A stretch of 64,000 nt of DNA from contig NC_043004.1 in NCBI RefSeq assembly GCF_006345805.1, positions 24,738,001 to 24,802,000 on the forward strand. Reading direction: 5' to 3'. The stretch is from Octopus sinensis (taxonomy: Eukaryota). Below the pieces are notes generated by a model. That model searched no databases and was not told where the DNA came from. It worked only from the letters and a program-made list of their open reading frames with translations. Numbering within the stretch: the first letter of the stretch is position 1; each line of letters begins with the position of its first letter. A program made the translations under genes and the position numbers. Shown one piece after another: positions 12,059-24,862 of this stretch.

Positions 12059-15000
12059 TAAAAATTATTGATTGGAAGTTGGAGAGGGAAAAAAAGGGGT
12101 TTTTAAATGCAGAAGAGTGCATAATTGTCCTGTGTATGTATATATGCATGTGAGTAGTGTATATGTATTTGCAAACAACTTCCAGTGCTACCAGTTGAAA
12201 GCACAACATATCAAATACTTGCAGGCTTATGGGGTCATCAGGACAGACTGTGTGCTGATGTATTTTCCAGTATACAAGTCAGCATAGAGTAAAGTGTAAA
12301 TGTAGTGTAAACATCCAAATATATTGTCACAATCTTCCGAAATCCTACCGAATGTTACATGGAATTTTTGGTCCTATAAAGTCATCTTGTATGAATCAAT
12401 TAAAAGTTTCGGTCTGAAACTTTCAACTCATATGCTGGAATATATTGTGTGGTTACACACTTTCTTAAAATAATTTCACTGAATGATTGTAATCTGAGTT
12501 TTTATATAGATCTCTCTTCTATATACTATATTTATAAATTATAATAATATGAGGGAATATTATTCCAAACTTACAGGGAAAAGTTCAATTTAGAAATACT
12601 AAATCAAATTTCACAAAATATAACACACACACACACATATATTTATTTATATATATATATATATATAAATAACTAGCCCCACAACTATGAAATAACAGCA
12701 GAGGAATAGCAGAAATTGAATTATTTTTCCACCTTAATGCTTTTACATAAAGGTAAAATGACTTTTTGCAGAGTGTGGTTACTCCTAGCTGCTTGTTTTG
12801 GGATTCATTCTATCTGCAGGTGTTTCCTTTCTTTGTGTTTCTAGAGAGGAAAATTGATTCCACCCACTTTACTTTGCGGTCATTGAAGGAATAGGTACTA
12901 TATTTTCTGGATTGTTATCTACAATAGGCTGTTGTCCTATTTTGAGGAGCAATACTGATTTACAATTAATTAAGTGGCATGTTAGAATCTTATTTTAACA
13001 TGAATATTCATGCATGAAAAAAATAAAAATTCAGGCCATGAAAACAGCTGTGAACTCTGCATTTAGAGATCAAGATACTAAATTACAAAGACATACAAGG
13101 ATAAATAAGATGGATCTATTTTGACTCAGTACTTGCTTAATTTCTATTAACCCTTTAGTATTGCTTATTCTTTCAAATGTAATGCTTATTCATTCACACT
13201 GGTTTGAATTTATCCTGTATTAACTTTCAGCTTTGCGATTTCAGTTGTGATTGTTTTTAATAATAATATTGTATGGTAGGTGTGATAGGCTGGATCTGGC
13301 CACTACTAATTTTTCATTTAAGTCTGGTACTTATTCTTTCAGATCTCTTTAGCTGAACTGTTATGGGGATGGAAACAAACCAACACCAGTTGTCAGGTGG
13401 TGGTTGACAACAATACATGCATACACGCACAAGTTTCTTTCAGTTGCTATGAAATCCACTCACAAGACTTTGATTGGCCCAGGGCTGTGGTAGACAGTTA
13501 CTCTTGGTGCCATGCAGTGGAACTGTGGTTGGGATAACTAAAATTTATTTCAAATAATTTCAAAATATATGAACATGAAAAATTTAAAGTTAGCCAAAAG
13601 CATTTCAGTTTGTGAACTCTACTTTCAAGAAATTAATTTTTGTCTCTAATTTTAATTCATATATTTATCTTTTTATTTCTTCTTTTGGATAATTTTTTTA
13701 CAATTTGGTTTTTCTATAAATCTATTGTGCTGAACACATTCTTTGTATGAGAATTGAATGACTTTTGATTGGAGTTTATAGTCATTATTATCTCTTCTAT
13801 AGCTCTGGAACAGTCATCATTTATGTGCATTATGTATTAAACAAACGTAGCTCAAAATGCTCAGGACCAGCTGGAGCACTAGTTCAAACTTCATGCATGT
13901 TTTAAACTGAAATCAGAATAACCATGAAATAACTTGATATCTGATTCAGAGGCTTATGAGTAATTGTTAAGCATTGAATTGATTTGCAAATCGACTAGTT
14001 TATTTTGTCCTCGTACCAAATTAATGTTTATTCTTATTTTTTCTATCATTGTTTTCGGTTTCCATCGACACTCCACCTCCATTCATTCCATACTAAGTCT
14101 ATATTTACATTTTACTAAATCAAGTTACAATCTATTAATATTTTGATATGACATGTAACACTAATACCAAATTCAGTCTTTTATTGTTGTACATTCTTCT
14201 CATCAGCATTTCTCCTAGGGTTCCACAAGAAATAGTGATATGCTAGTTATATGCAAATGCAGTTTTTTTGTTTTTTTTTTGATTATTTTTGTGCTTAATT
14301 CTTTGTAATTTCATCATACAGGTATGGCATATTTTTTTAAGTATGAAAATCCTTTGGGGAAAAAAAAATTACCTTTATAAGGAATTGTAGGGGAATTTGG
14401 TCTAAACAAGGTCTTGGTTAAAATGAAATTTCTTAAGATTTGTTAGTGACAGCTGGTGGATTAAACATCAAAAAGTACCTAGTGTTAGAAGGGCATCCAG
14501 TTATAGAAACCTTGACAAAACAGACAGCTTGGCACAGACATCTGGCTCGCCAACTCTTGTTAAACCATCCAACCTATGCTAGCATGAAAAATGAATGTTA
14601 AATAATGGAACCTTCTCGGAGTTGTTGGTGTTAGGAAGGGCATCCAGCCTTAGAAAACCATGCCAAATCAGTCTGGAGTCTGTTGCAGCCTTCCAGTGTG
14701 CCAACCCAGTCAAACCATTCAACCCAGTCGAACTGTCCAACCTATGACAACATGGACTACAGACATTAAATGATGATGAATTTTAACTTTACGAAACAAA
14801 AAGATTAAAGGTATATAATACTTTTTATATAAAGGTTCTCAAAGATGGAATGTGTTCCCTAGGTTCCTCAAGAGTAAAAGGTTGGAGAAGTGCTGCTCTA
14901 GGATAATGTTGTGCTTGTTTTTTGCTATTTGAACTTCCACCACTTTGGAAATTTTAGCTGTTATTACTAAGCATTTTAACCACATCAGTCTTTAAGTAAC

Positions 15001-16103
15001 AAAAACCTGTTTTAGTAGTCAGCTTTGTCGTATGTTCTTTCATGGTCAATAAAATACCACTGAAGTACAGAGGTTGATACAGATGTCAATATGCCTTTCC
15101 TATAATTTGCAGCCTTGTAGCAATGTAAAATCATTTTATCTTCTTTCCCCGCTGATATTTTAATCACACAGATGTGTTAGTGAAAAGGTTATCTTTTAAT
15201 CATTAACCAGATTTCCTGCTAACACTTGTTCTTTGATTAATTTGAAACAACTTCCTACCAGGCTTTCACTATTTCAACTGGGATGATCAAGTTTAAGACA
15301 ACCGTTATCACACACACAGCTTGATGTATTTCCTTGTTCTGTGTGCGATGTTACATCAGTTTGATCACTGCTGATATACAACAATTCCATTTAGTGGCAG
15401 TTATTTATTTATTTATTTATTTATTTTGCCATTCATAAAATTCATATCTCTTAGTTCATTAAATAACCATGAAATTTGTGTTGCAACCTTCTCTGGTATA
15501 CTAGTATCTTCATTTTATACATGCATGTTGACAGTAGCTACATCAGATCTGTTTACTCAATTTAGGTTCCATGGCTGGGTTGCAAGTTTGTATCCACAGT
15601 ACCCAGTACACTGTAAAGTGATTGCTGTTAGGAAGGGCATCCAGTTATAGAACCTTTGCCAAAACAGAAAGCTTGGCACAGACATCTGGCTTGCCAACTT
15701 TTGTCAAACCATCCAACCCATGCTAGCATGAAAAATGGATGTTAAATGTTGGAACTTTCTTGGAATTGTTGGCATTAGGAAGTCATAACCACACAGTCAC
15801 ATGCTCAATCCTACTTTGAGGCATGTTGAGCAAATGTTTTCTGCAATAACATCAAAACAGTTTTCTGCAATAACATCAAAACGAGCCTTGTAAGTGAAAT
15901 TAGATAGACAGAAACTGTGTGCAAGCCTATCAGGACTAATTTATTTTGGTTGATAGACTTAATCTGTCACGCAGTTTAAATCTTTTAACATATTTCAACT
16001 CGTATCATTTTAAATTTTTGAACTGACTGAAACAGTTTCTATTTTGAGACCTAAATTAAAACCTTCCTTCAAAATTTCCTGTTAATTTATGTTCCAAATG
16101 GAG

Positions 16104-16394
16104 GCGCTCCATTGGTTATGACAAGCATTCCAGTTTTATCCAATCAATGAACCAGCCAGCTTGTGAAATTAACATGCAAATGGTTGAGCACTCCGCAGAC
16201 ATGTGTACCCCTAATGTAGTTCTCAGAGAATCGGCATGACACAGAATGTGACAAGGTTGGCCTTTTGAAATACAGGTACTCATTTTGCCAGCTGAGTGGA
16301 CATAGTGCCTTGCTCAAGGACGTGCTGCTGGGGATCAAACTCATCACCTTATGAGTGTGAGCGGAATAACTTAACCACATAGCCATGCATCTTC
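16104..16394 (-). mobile_element. tRNA-headed SINE, family D
   Basis: Reverse strand: tggctatgtggttaag...gagtttgatcccc...ccttgagcaaggcact...ggagtgctcaaccatttgcatgttaatttcac. Degenerate relative near 29690-29890. Confidence 0.6.
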
Positions 16395-17071
16395 ACTGTG
16401 TTCCAAATACCAAGTTAACAACATTTGTTTTAATAAACTCTTCATTACTTTAATTAATCAAAACAAAAGCAGTGTGTTTCAACAGAAGTATGGCAAAAGA
16501 ATTAAAACAAGAACCGATGGTGGTCTTAGGCAGGTTGGTATCAAAAAGGGGTTAACATTATCGCCATTTGGTCCCCAGGTGCCTGTAGTAGGGTTCACAC
16601 TGCAAGTATTCAGACCAGATGACTTGTGTGAATATAAATTCCTTATATTTTGTACACTCCTTCATACTCTGGTAGCTCAAGAGTCCTGGTTTATTGCACC
16701 TTTACCCTACCCCATCTCCTCATATCAGATACCTTATCAAATGTCAGAGGCGCTGTTCTTCATCTTCTGGTTAAAACAAATTCCAGCTATTTAAGTGATC
16801 TGAGCTGATAGTGGGCTTCTATTTGGTTGGTTAACTCAGTAAAAATAGCAGCTTAACCCTTAGGCATTTAAACCAGCTATGTCCAGCCCCCCAGAATCAA
16901 TCTGTTTTATGCTCAAACTGTCCAGACCTGGCTTCTTGCACCTACATGACATTGTCATTCAAAAATTAAACAATCATGCCATTGATACAGGATTAATTCA
17001 AAACAAAGCAAATAAAGAAACATTAAATTTGACAGTAATCTGAATGCTAAATGGTTTAACTATCAAATTAA

Positions 17072-17265
17072 CCCTTTCGTTACCAACCCGGCTGAAACTT
17101 TTTTTCATAAGTTTTAAATTAAAACCTTCCACCAAATCTTAGTCACAATTTATGTTCCTAACACTAACTGAATGATAACTGAGTTATTTTACTAAATTCT
17201 TTCTTATATTTAAAGTAATTGAAAGAAACACAGAGCATATCAAAATAAGTACAGTAAGGAAAGGG
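17072..17265. mobile_element. piggyBac-type MITE
   Basis: TTAA|ccctttcgttacc ... gtaaggaaaggg|TTAA. Confidence 0.85.
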
Positions 17266-17878
17266 TTAAATCTCACTGTATTTAAAAAGGAAAATAAGTG
17301 GTTATATATTGTATTCTAATAGGTCTAGAGACACTGCATGAAGAAAAATCAACAAGTAAATTGATTAAACTAGTGCCAGGTAGAAATTAGTATTGAGGTT
17401 AGTGCAATCAACTAAAACCCTTGAAGATGGTGCTTCAGCATAGCTGTAGTTTAGTGGCTGAAATTAATAAAAGAACAGTTACAATGTTGGATTGGAGTAG
17501 CTTAACTACATGATTTCATTATTGTACATCATTATTTCTCTAGAGGAATGGTCACAACTAAAATGTTTTTATACAGCATTTAATTTTATTTTATCAGTTT
17601 TCTGATCTGCTAGCCTCTTTTTATTTTATTATTTTTTTTTTAAGGAATTCACCACCACAAAAAATTTGTTTTTCTTTTAATGGTTTAATTTTTGCCTTTT
17701 ACATGTTGCAAGCAATTCTGTGGCTCTGTGGTTAGAAGTTTGCTTCCTGACCACATATTTCAGGTTCATTTCCACTGCATAGCACCTTGAGCAAGTGTTT
17801 TCTACTATTTCCCCGAGCTAATCAAAGCCTAGTGAATGGATTAGGTTAACAGAAACTGAAGCCTGTCTTTATATATAT

Positions 17879-18227
17879 ACTAGCAGTATCACCCGGCGTT
17901 GCTCGGGTTTGTAAGGGAAATAACTATAAAGCATTTTTAGAGAGTTATAGCCAAAAAAATAGCAAAAAAATGGAAAAAAATGATGGTAAATTTTTTTTTG
18001 AGAGTTGGTTTGTGTTTCTGATTCTCGACCCCATGTCGAATTTATCGATTTTTTTCAGAACTGGGGGAACTTTTCAAAATTTTCGCTGCATTAGTTTTGA
18101 ATTATGACATTGGGCTATGTGTGTATCAAGTTTCATCAGAATCGGTTGAAAGCCGTAGTCAGGGTGAGGGTACAACCTAACAGACACACAGACACACACA
18201 CAGACAAACTGCCGTTTATATAGAGAT
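17879..18227 (+). mobile_element. Non-autonomous Helitron/Helentron-like element (short copy)
   Basis: 5' actagcagtatcacccggcgttgctcgggtttgt; 3' (acag/ac)n then aaactgccgtttatatagagat. Same termini as 32632-34294. Confidence 0.7.
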
Positions 18228-18244
18228 ATGTATATATATATATT

Positions 18245-18470
18245 ATAATAATAATATTAGGGAGTAAATCCAAACTTACTCTTTATCTTATATTAAACTT
18301 TTAATACTTTTTGATAGCTATATATATATTAAAAAAAAAACTTTAAATTTAAATAATTTAATTTTGAATTTTATATTTTTTATTAATTAATTTTATTTCT
18401 ATGTATTGGTTTATGATTTTCACTGTTTGATTTGCCTAATAGTGGTTTTATCTCTAATGTAATATATATA
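18245..18470 (+). mobile_element. (TA)n-embedded element, degenerate copy
   Basis: Left end ataataatattagggagtaaatccaaacttac and right end tagtggttttatctctaatgtaat, homologous to the ends of 63612-63805 and 48484-48757; flanked by (TA)n. Confidence 0.6.
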
Positions 18471-18480
18471 TATATATATT

Positions 18481-18543
18481 AGTTCAGTGGTAGAATGCTC
18501 GCCTGCCACGCGGGCGGCCAGGGTTCGTTTCCCGGCCGATGCA
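18481..18543 (+). tRNA. tRNA-Gly(GCC) sequence lacking the 5' acceptor strand; probable pseudogene or SINE head
   Basis: agttcagtggtagaatgctcgcctgccacgcgggcggccagggttcgtttcccggccgatgca matches positions 9-71 of the invertebrate tRNA-Gly-GCC as I recall it, with about 3 differences. Anticodon GCC at 18505-18507 in stem ctcgc/gcggg. GCATCGG is replaced by (TA)n. Confidence 0.85.
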
Positions 18544-18614
18544 CAGCAATATTAATGGCGGTGCCCCAGCATGGCCACAGCTCGTGAGCTGAAACTGGAA
18601 AAATCAAATCAAAT

Positions 18615-18650
<36 letters not shown>

Positions 18651-18965
18651 CCCACTCATGCTAGCATGGAGGGCAAACATTGAACGACGATGATGATATA
18701 TAGGCATGCCTGTGTGGCCAGATGCTTGCTTCCCAACCACATGATCCTGGATTCAGTCCCATTACATGGCAGCTTAGGCAAGTGTCTTCTACTGTTTCAG
18801 TGGATTTGATAGATGAAAACTGAAAGAAGCCTGTCATTAGATACACACACACACACCACGTGTGTTTGTCCCCATCACTGCTTAACAACCAGTGCTGGTG
18901 TGTTTGCGTCCCTGTAACTTAGTGGTTTGACAAAAGGGATGGATAGAATAAATACCAGGCTTTAA

Positions 18966-19185
18966 CCCTTTCATTACCAACCCGACTGAAACCAGCTCTG
19001 GCTCTGAGTACAAATGTCTTGTTTTCTTAAATTTTGAATTAAAATCTTCCACCAAACCTTAGTCATAATTTATGTACCTAACACTAGCTTAAAGATAACT
19101 AAATTACTTTACTAAATTCTTTGTTATACTTAAAGTAATTGAAAGAAACACAGAGCATCTCAAAATAAATACAGTAATGAAAGGG
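18966..19185. mobile_element. piggyBac-type MITE inserted in a family A SINE
   Basis: TTAA|ccctttcattacc ... gtaatgaaaggg|TTAA; SINE sequence continues on both sides (about 18700-19260). Confidence 0.85.
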
Positions 19186-19703
19186 TTAAATAAGTCCTGA
19201 GGTTGATTGATATGACTGAAAATTCAAGGTAGTGTCCCAAAATGGCTGCAGTCTAATGACTGAAGCAAGTAAAGGTGTGTGTGTGCATGTTTGTGTACTC
19301 CCATCTTCTTGCCTTGAATTTGATAGTTGTAAACAAATGCCACTGTTGTGCAAGCGGTGTCCTTTGTTTCCATTATTTCATGAAAACCTGCTTCGCTGTG
19401 GGGAATATTATCTTACTTGGAAACAAGTGAGGGTTGGAGACAGAAAGAGCATCCGGCTGTAGAAAATCCAGCTCAGTAAGTTCTGTCCAACCCAAGCAAG
19501 CATGGAAAAGTGGACGTTAAACAGTAATATCACTAATTTTTAGTGATGCAGTGCTGTTATTGTTCAGGTTGATCAGTCAGATTGTAGAGTTCACCCATAT
19601 TTACTATTGTGTGTGTGTAGTTACTGTTTGTTCTAAGGCATGTGGTTTTTGTGGTATGTGTGGGAGGAGTGCATGTCCAAAGTGCAATGTGTGGGGAAAT
19701 ACA

Positions 19704-20092
19704 TACTCTTTTACTCTTTTTACTCTTTTACTTGTTTCAGTCATTTGACTGCGGCCATGCTGGAGCACCGCCTTTAGTCGAGCAAATCGACCCCGGGACT
19801 TATTCTTTGTAAGCCCAGTACTTATTCTATCAGTCTGTTTTTCCGAACCGCTAAGTGACAGGGACGTAAACACACCAGCATCAGTTGTCAAGCAATGCTA
19901 GGGGGACAAACACAGACACACACACATATATATATATACATATATACGACGGGCTTCTTTCAGTTTCCGTCTACCAAAGGCATTGGTCGGCCCGGGGCTA
20001 TAGCAGAAGACACTTGCCCAAGATGCCACGCAGTGGGACTGAACCCGGAACCATGTGGTTGTTTAGCAAGCTACTTATCACACAGCCACTCC
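19704..20092 (-). mobile_element. SINE family A
   Basis: Full head, body and (taaaagag)n tail. Confidence 0.9.
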
Positions 20093-21227
20093 TGCGCCTA
20101 TATGTGCAAGATAAAAATACTCTTCTATATCTGCAAACTAAAGTTATGCTTGCTCAAATGTATACTTTGCACGCACACACACACACACAGAGTAAAGGTC
20201 TACCGTCATACTTTTAAATCTATCTGTGCTATGTGCTCAAACAAAATAATCTTTCAGAGCCAAAAACATAATGACACGTTCCTTTTTTTTTTCTTTTTTG
20301 TCAAATTTCCAACCCTTTTCATACTGGCTCTAATACATCATAAACTGATAATTGCTCCCCCACTTCATTGCAAACGTATCATTTTACTCAACTGAGATAG
20401 CCACTCTTACACTATCTTCGTATGTGTATACACACACACACACACACTTTCACTCGCTCACATTATTAGCTGTTCTGTTTGCACTCTTCTTTATCTATCA
20501 TTTGCTAGTTCAGCTTTTGATAAGCAGAGATGCTGGTTAGACAGGAAGCTGTTTTGAAACCGAGATGCTATCATCATCAGCATCACCCTAACGATAACAT
20601 CTATTGAATATACATTTGGTTTTTGTGTTTTTAGTGTTTATTTTATGCCAACTCCAACGTCGTCAGCATTCACCATTTAAACTAACAAACAAACTGGGTA
20701 TTGTTTTGCTGTTTCATTGCTATAAATGTTTAATGAGAATAAAGATAAGTTTCACTATTCTGCAGCCATTGATCACTCCATTTAATATTAGTCTGTGCAA
20801 AGTTGTATTAAAATTGTCTCATCTATTGCGATCTGGTTTTGAATATTGTATCAAATCCTACCACATACTTAAAAAAAAAAGATATTTGTTTGTTTCATAC
20901 TGATGATATTGAGATAACTAGCTCTACATTGTACTTTCTATTTTTTCAATGTTTGGGATTAATTATTTTGAAAAAAAATTTTTTTTTTTTAACCTGAAAA
21001 GTGCTTACCTACAACTGCTGCAAAAGTAATCCAAACACTGTCATTACTATTTTGGCCTTTAGAATAACTAAGAAATCTCTGTCAAGATACAAACTCCGCG
21101 ACAATTATTTGTTTAAAAAAATAACCCAAAGATATCCACATGAAGAAAATCTTACAATCAGTATTGTATATATAATACAATGAGTATTAACTACAAATAG
21201 CTGATGAGAAAAAAAATAACCATTAGT

Positions 21228-21615
21228 TACTCTTTTACTTGTTTCAGTCATTTGACTGTGGCCATGCTGGAGCACCGCCTTTACTCGAGCAACTCGACCC
21301 CAGGACTTATTCTTTTGTAAGCCCAGTACTTATTCTATCGGTCTCTTTTGCCGAACCATAAGTGACGGGGACGTAAAGACACCAGCATCAGTTGTCAAGC
21401 AATGCTAGGGGGACAAACACGGACACACAAACATACACGCACACACACATATATATATGCATACATACGACGGGCTTCTTTCAGTTTCCATCTACCAAAT
21501 CCACTCACAAGGCTTTGATCGGCCCAAGGCTATAGTAGAAGACACTTGCCCAAGTAGAAGACACTGAACCCGGAACCATGTGGTTCGTAAGCAAGGTACT
21601 TACCACACAGCCACT
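21228..21615 (-). mobile_element. SINE family A
   Basis: Full head, body and tail. Confidence 0.9.
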
Positions 21616-21649
21616 AATATTTTTAGAATTATTTTAGCAAATAGTGGAA

Positions 21650-21693
21650 ATGACTACAAATGTTTCAGTCTTATGAACTCATCAGGAAATCAT
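21650..21693 (-). ncRNA. Degenerate type-I hammerhead ribozyme-like motif
   Basis: Minus strand: augauuuc CUGAUGA guucauaagacu GAAA c auuu g UA gucau. Core, short stem II and GUA triplet are present; stem I is disrupted (auga/ucau offset by extra bases). Confidence 0.45.
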
Positions 21694-22485
21694 AAACTTT
21701 GTACTTACCAAAGTAGTGGTACGACTGTCGACTAGTTAAATGTACAAGAAGTCCACAGAGAAAAAAGGGAAAGTTACCTCAACAATTTACGCACATACAA
21801 AAGTCATTATCATTCCTATTTTTATGTCCATTTTTGCATGCTTGCATAAGTTGGATGGAATTCTTTGAAGTAGATTTTCTATTTCCAGATACTCTTCCTG
21901 TAGCTAATTCTTACATGTTTCCAAGCAAGGTAATATTTCCCCATGGCCAAACATGTTTTATTCAAAATGCCTTCCAGTATTCCATCTCTTTACATTCTAT
22001 AAAATCAAATTCCACTAAGTTTAACTTAGCTTTCATTCCTTTGAGGTTGATAAAGTACCAGTGAAGTACTGGGGTGGAGGTATCAATTAGCCCTCTCTTA
22101 TCAAACATTTTTGCCCTTGTTCCTAAATTAGTGAGAATTATTTAACTTATTTCACATACTTAGCTATGTTATCAGCCCTTATTTTGTATTCTTTTTAAAC
22201 CAATTTGTTACACTTGCAATCTGTGAGACTTTCATTTTTGAAGCTGCACATCCTACAAAGAGGCAATTCTCTACTCTTATCTATTTGGAACTTGATGTAA
22301 TTATAGTCTTCAGATCACTTTTCCTTAGCCACCTCCAGGCATTGGTCATGTTTTTCTTTTCCATTTCTCCATGGGATTACCCATGCATTGCTTTCACTTT
22401 CCAGTTCAATCTTTGTTCCTTATTTTCTTTCTTAAATGCTTTTGGGTGTGTCACATTTTCACCAGATTATTATTATTATTATTAA

Positions 22486-22692
22486 GGTGGTGAGCTGGCA
22501 GAATCATTAGCATGCTAGGCAAAATTCTTACCAGCATTTCGTCCATCTGTTCAAATTCTGCCATGGTCAACTTTACCTTTTATCCTTTCAGGGTCGATAA
22601 ATTAAGCACCAGTGAAACACTGGAGTTGATGTTATCAACTAGCCCCTCCCCGAAAATTTCAGGCCTTGTGCCTATAGTAAAAGGATTGTTAT
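22486..22692 (+). mobile_element. SINE family B
   Basis: ggtggtgagctggcagaatcattagc...gtcaactttaccttttatcctttcagggtcgataaattaagcaccag. Confidence 0.8.
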
Positions 22693-22749
22693 TAATTTTT
22701 AAAATTCGTAATTATACCTAGCATTACTTTAAAAGTAATGCTAGGTATA

Positions 22750-23105
22750 ATTATCATCATCATCATCGTAACGTCTGCTTGCCATGCTAGCATGGGTTGG
22801 ACGGTTCAACTGGGGCCTGGGAAGCCCGAAGGCTGCACCAGGCCAGTCAGATCTGGCAGTGTTTCTACAGCTGGATGCCCTTCCTAACGCCAACCACTCC
22901 GTGAGTGTAGTGGGTGCTTTTTATGTGCCACCGACACAGGTGCCAGACGAGGCTGGCGAACGGCCACACTCAGATGGTGTTTGTTACGTGCCACCAGCAC
23001 AGAGGCCAGTCGATGCAGTACTGGCTACGGCCACGTTCGGATGGTACCACAAAACTACAAATTCCATTGATGTTCATCGATTTTCATTTGATTCTTTGAT
23101 TTTTG
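22750..23105 (-). mobile_element. RTE LINE 3' UTR fragment with about 2 minisatellite units
   Basis: (atc)n tail, ccatgctagcatgggttggacgg..., units containing gtgccaccg(g)cac. Confidence 0.8.
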
Positions 23106-23600
23106 ATTTTTGATTTTGATAAAATTAATAATAATCCTTTGGGTGGTGTGCATTGAACATTTCCTAACCCAGGTTGAGTGTTGGGTTCATCACTTTTGAG
23201 TTAGACAATCCATGCAGTAGATATGAAACATCATATCTACTGTTGATGACTTTTTGCAACCAACAGAATGAAATCTTCATCAATAGGATCCTAGTGCCAC
23301 AACACTGATGGAAGAAGTGTATGGACTACAAGGGTGTCTGTTGAAAAAGAAATCTTTATTTGGTTACTTTCCATGAGAGTATCTTGGTCATCCTATGAAC
23401 TTTTCAGCCGACCTTTGCATATATATATACACTTACACTACATATACACTTACACTACATATACACTTACTCTAAGACAAATTATTCTGATATTCCTGAA
23501 GTTTTATGGCAAGTTTTTCTGCCTTTATCATTCACTTCAACCTTCGTAATTTTTTTTTTTTTTTTGTCTTTCATTTTACAGTTGGTGTGTTTTATATGAT

Positions 23601-23768
23601 ATGGCAAAAATCTCAGCATTACCTTCTTGGAAGTTATTTATTTCTCAACTAAAGAATTGCTCTACAGTTGCTGAATCTTCTAGTGGACGTAGCAAAGTTT
23701 GGTTGATTGAATGTTGTGGACAGCGACAGCAGTTCACAGTTGTCTGGATCCAAGGGATTGCTACACAG
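23601..23768 (+). CDS. RMI2: RecQ-mediated genome instability protein 2, coding exon 1
   Basis: MAKISALPSWKLFISQL...VVWIQGIATQ corresponds to the RMI2 motifs PxKV/LxxxQL and VWMQG. Donor cag|gtttgc at 23769, phase 0. Upstream acceptor ttttacag| at 23580-23581. Confidence 0.9.
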
Positions 23769-24669
23769 GTTTGCATAATTAACTTTTCCGCGTCAATGTA
23801 TTCATTATTTATAATTTAGCAAATGTGTGACTGTGTGCTTAAGATGTTTGCTTCTCAACCACATGGTTTCAAGTTCAGTCCCACTGCATAGCACCTTGGT
23901 CATGTGTCATCTAGTGAGTGAAATTGGTTGGTGGAGAAACTGAAACAAGCTTGTGTGTGTGTTGTAGTTTCTGTTGTAATCCAACATCAGACTGTTATAA
24001 TGTCTACTCTGGCATAGCAGTATAGTTAGTTAGACAAGACATGACTGACTATGCTGAGTTCTTGACATCATAGTATTATTTGTAATGACTAGCACATATC
24101 ACTTGTCACGTGAGAGGGCTGCTCCATTATTATTATCCCCATAAGTCTCTTTGCCTTGACTTTGCATGATAGTTGTAAACAAGTGCCATCATCAAGCATA
24201 TGTTGTCCATGAAAACATGTCTGGTCATGAGGAAATATTACCTTGCTTGGAAACAGGTATTGGCAATAGGAAGGGCATTTGGCTGCAGAAAATCTACCTC
24301 AGCAAATTCCATCTGACCCATGCAAGCATGAAAAAGTGAATGTAAAATAGAGGAATTGCAATGGATTCAAGTTTTTAATCTTTTCTATTTTAGTTGTACC
24401 ACTCTTTGATTCCTACTCTCCCCAATGACTAACACCATATTTCATAATAATCATCACTTCATAATGATCATCATCACTTTGTGGAAACAAAAAAAAATCA
24501 TTGCTGTAATCAACTGACCCTCTCCTCTGAAATTGCTGGCCTTGTTCCAAAATTTGAAATCTATAACTATTATAGTTTGTATCTCTCCAAGCGCATCTGT
24601 AGGAGCAGGTGTGATGGTGTGTACACAGTGTATGGAACAGACATGGCTAAATGGTTATGTCAACTTTGC

Positions 24670-24826
24670 AGGCATGGCTGTGCGGTAAGAAGTTTGCTTC
24701 CCAACGACATGGTTCTGAGTTCAGTCCCACTGCATCGCACCTTGGGCAAGTGTCCCCTACTATAGCCTCAGACCAACCAAAGCCTAGTGAGTGGATTTGG
24801 TTGATGGAAACAAAAAGAAGCCCGTC

Positions 24827-24862
<36 letters not shown>

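Noticed and set aside
18481-18543. Functional tRNA-Gly gene
   Set aside because: The 5' acceptor-stem strand is missing, the T-loop has a substitution, and a SINE tail follows instead of a poly-T terminator.
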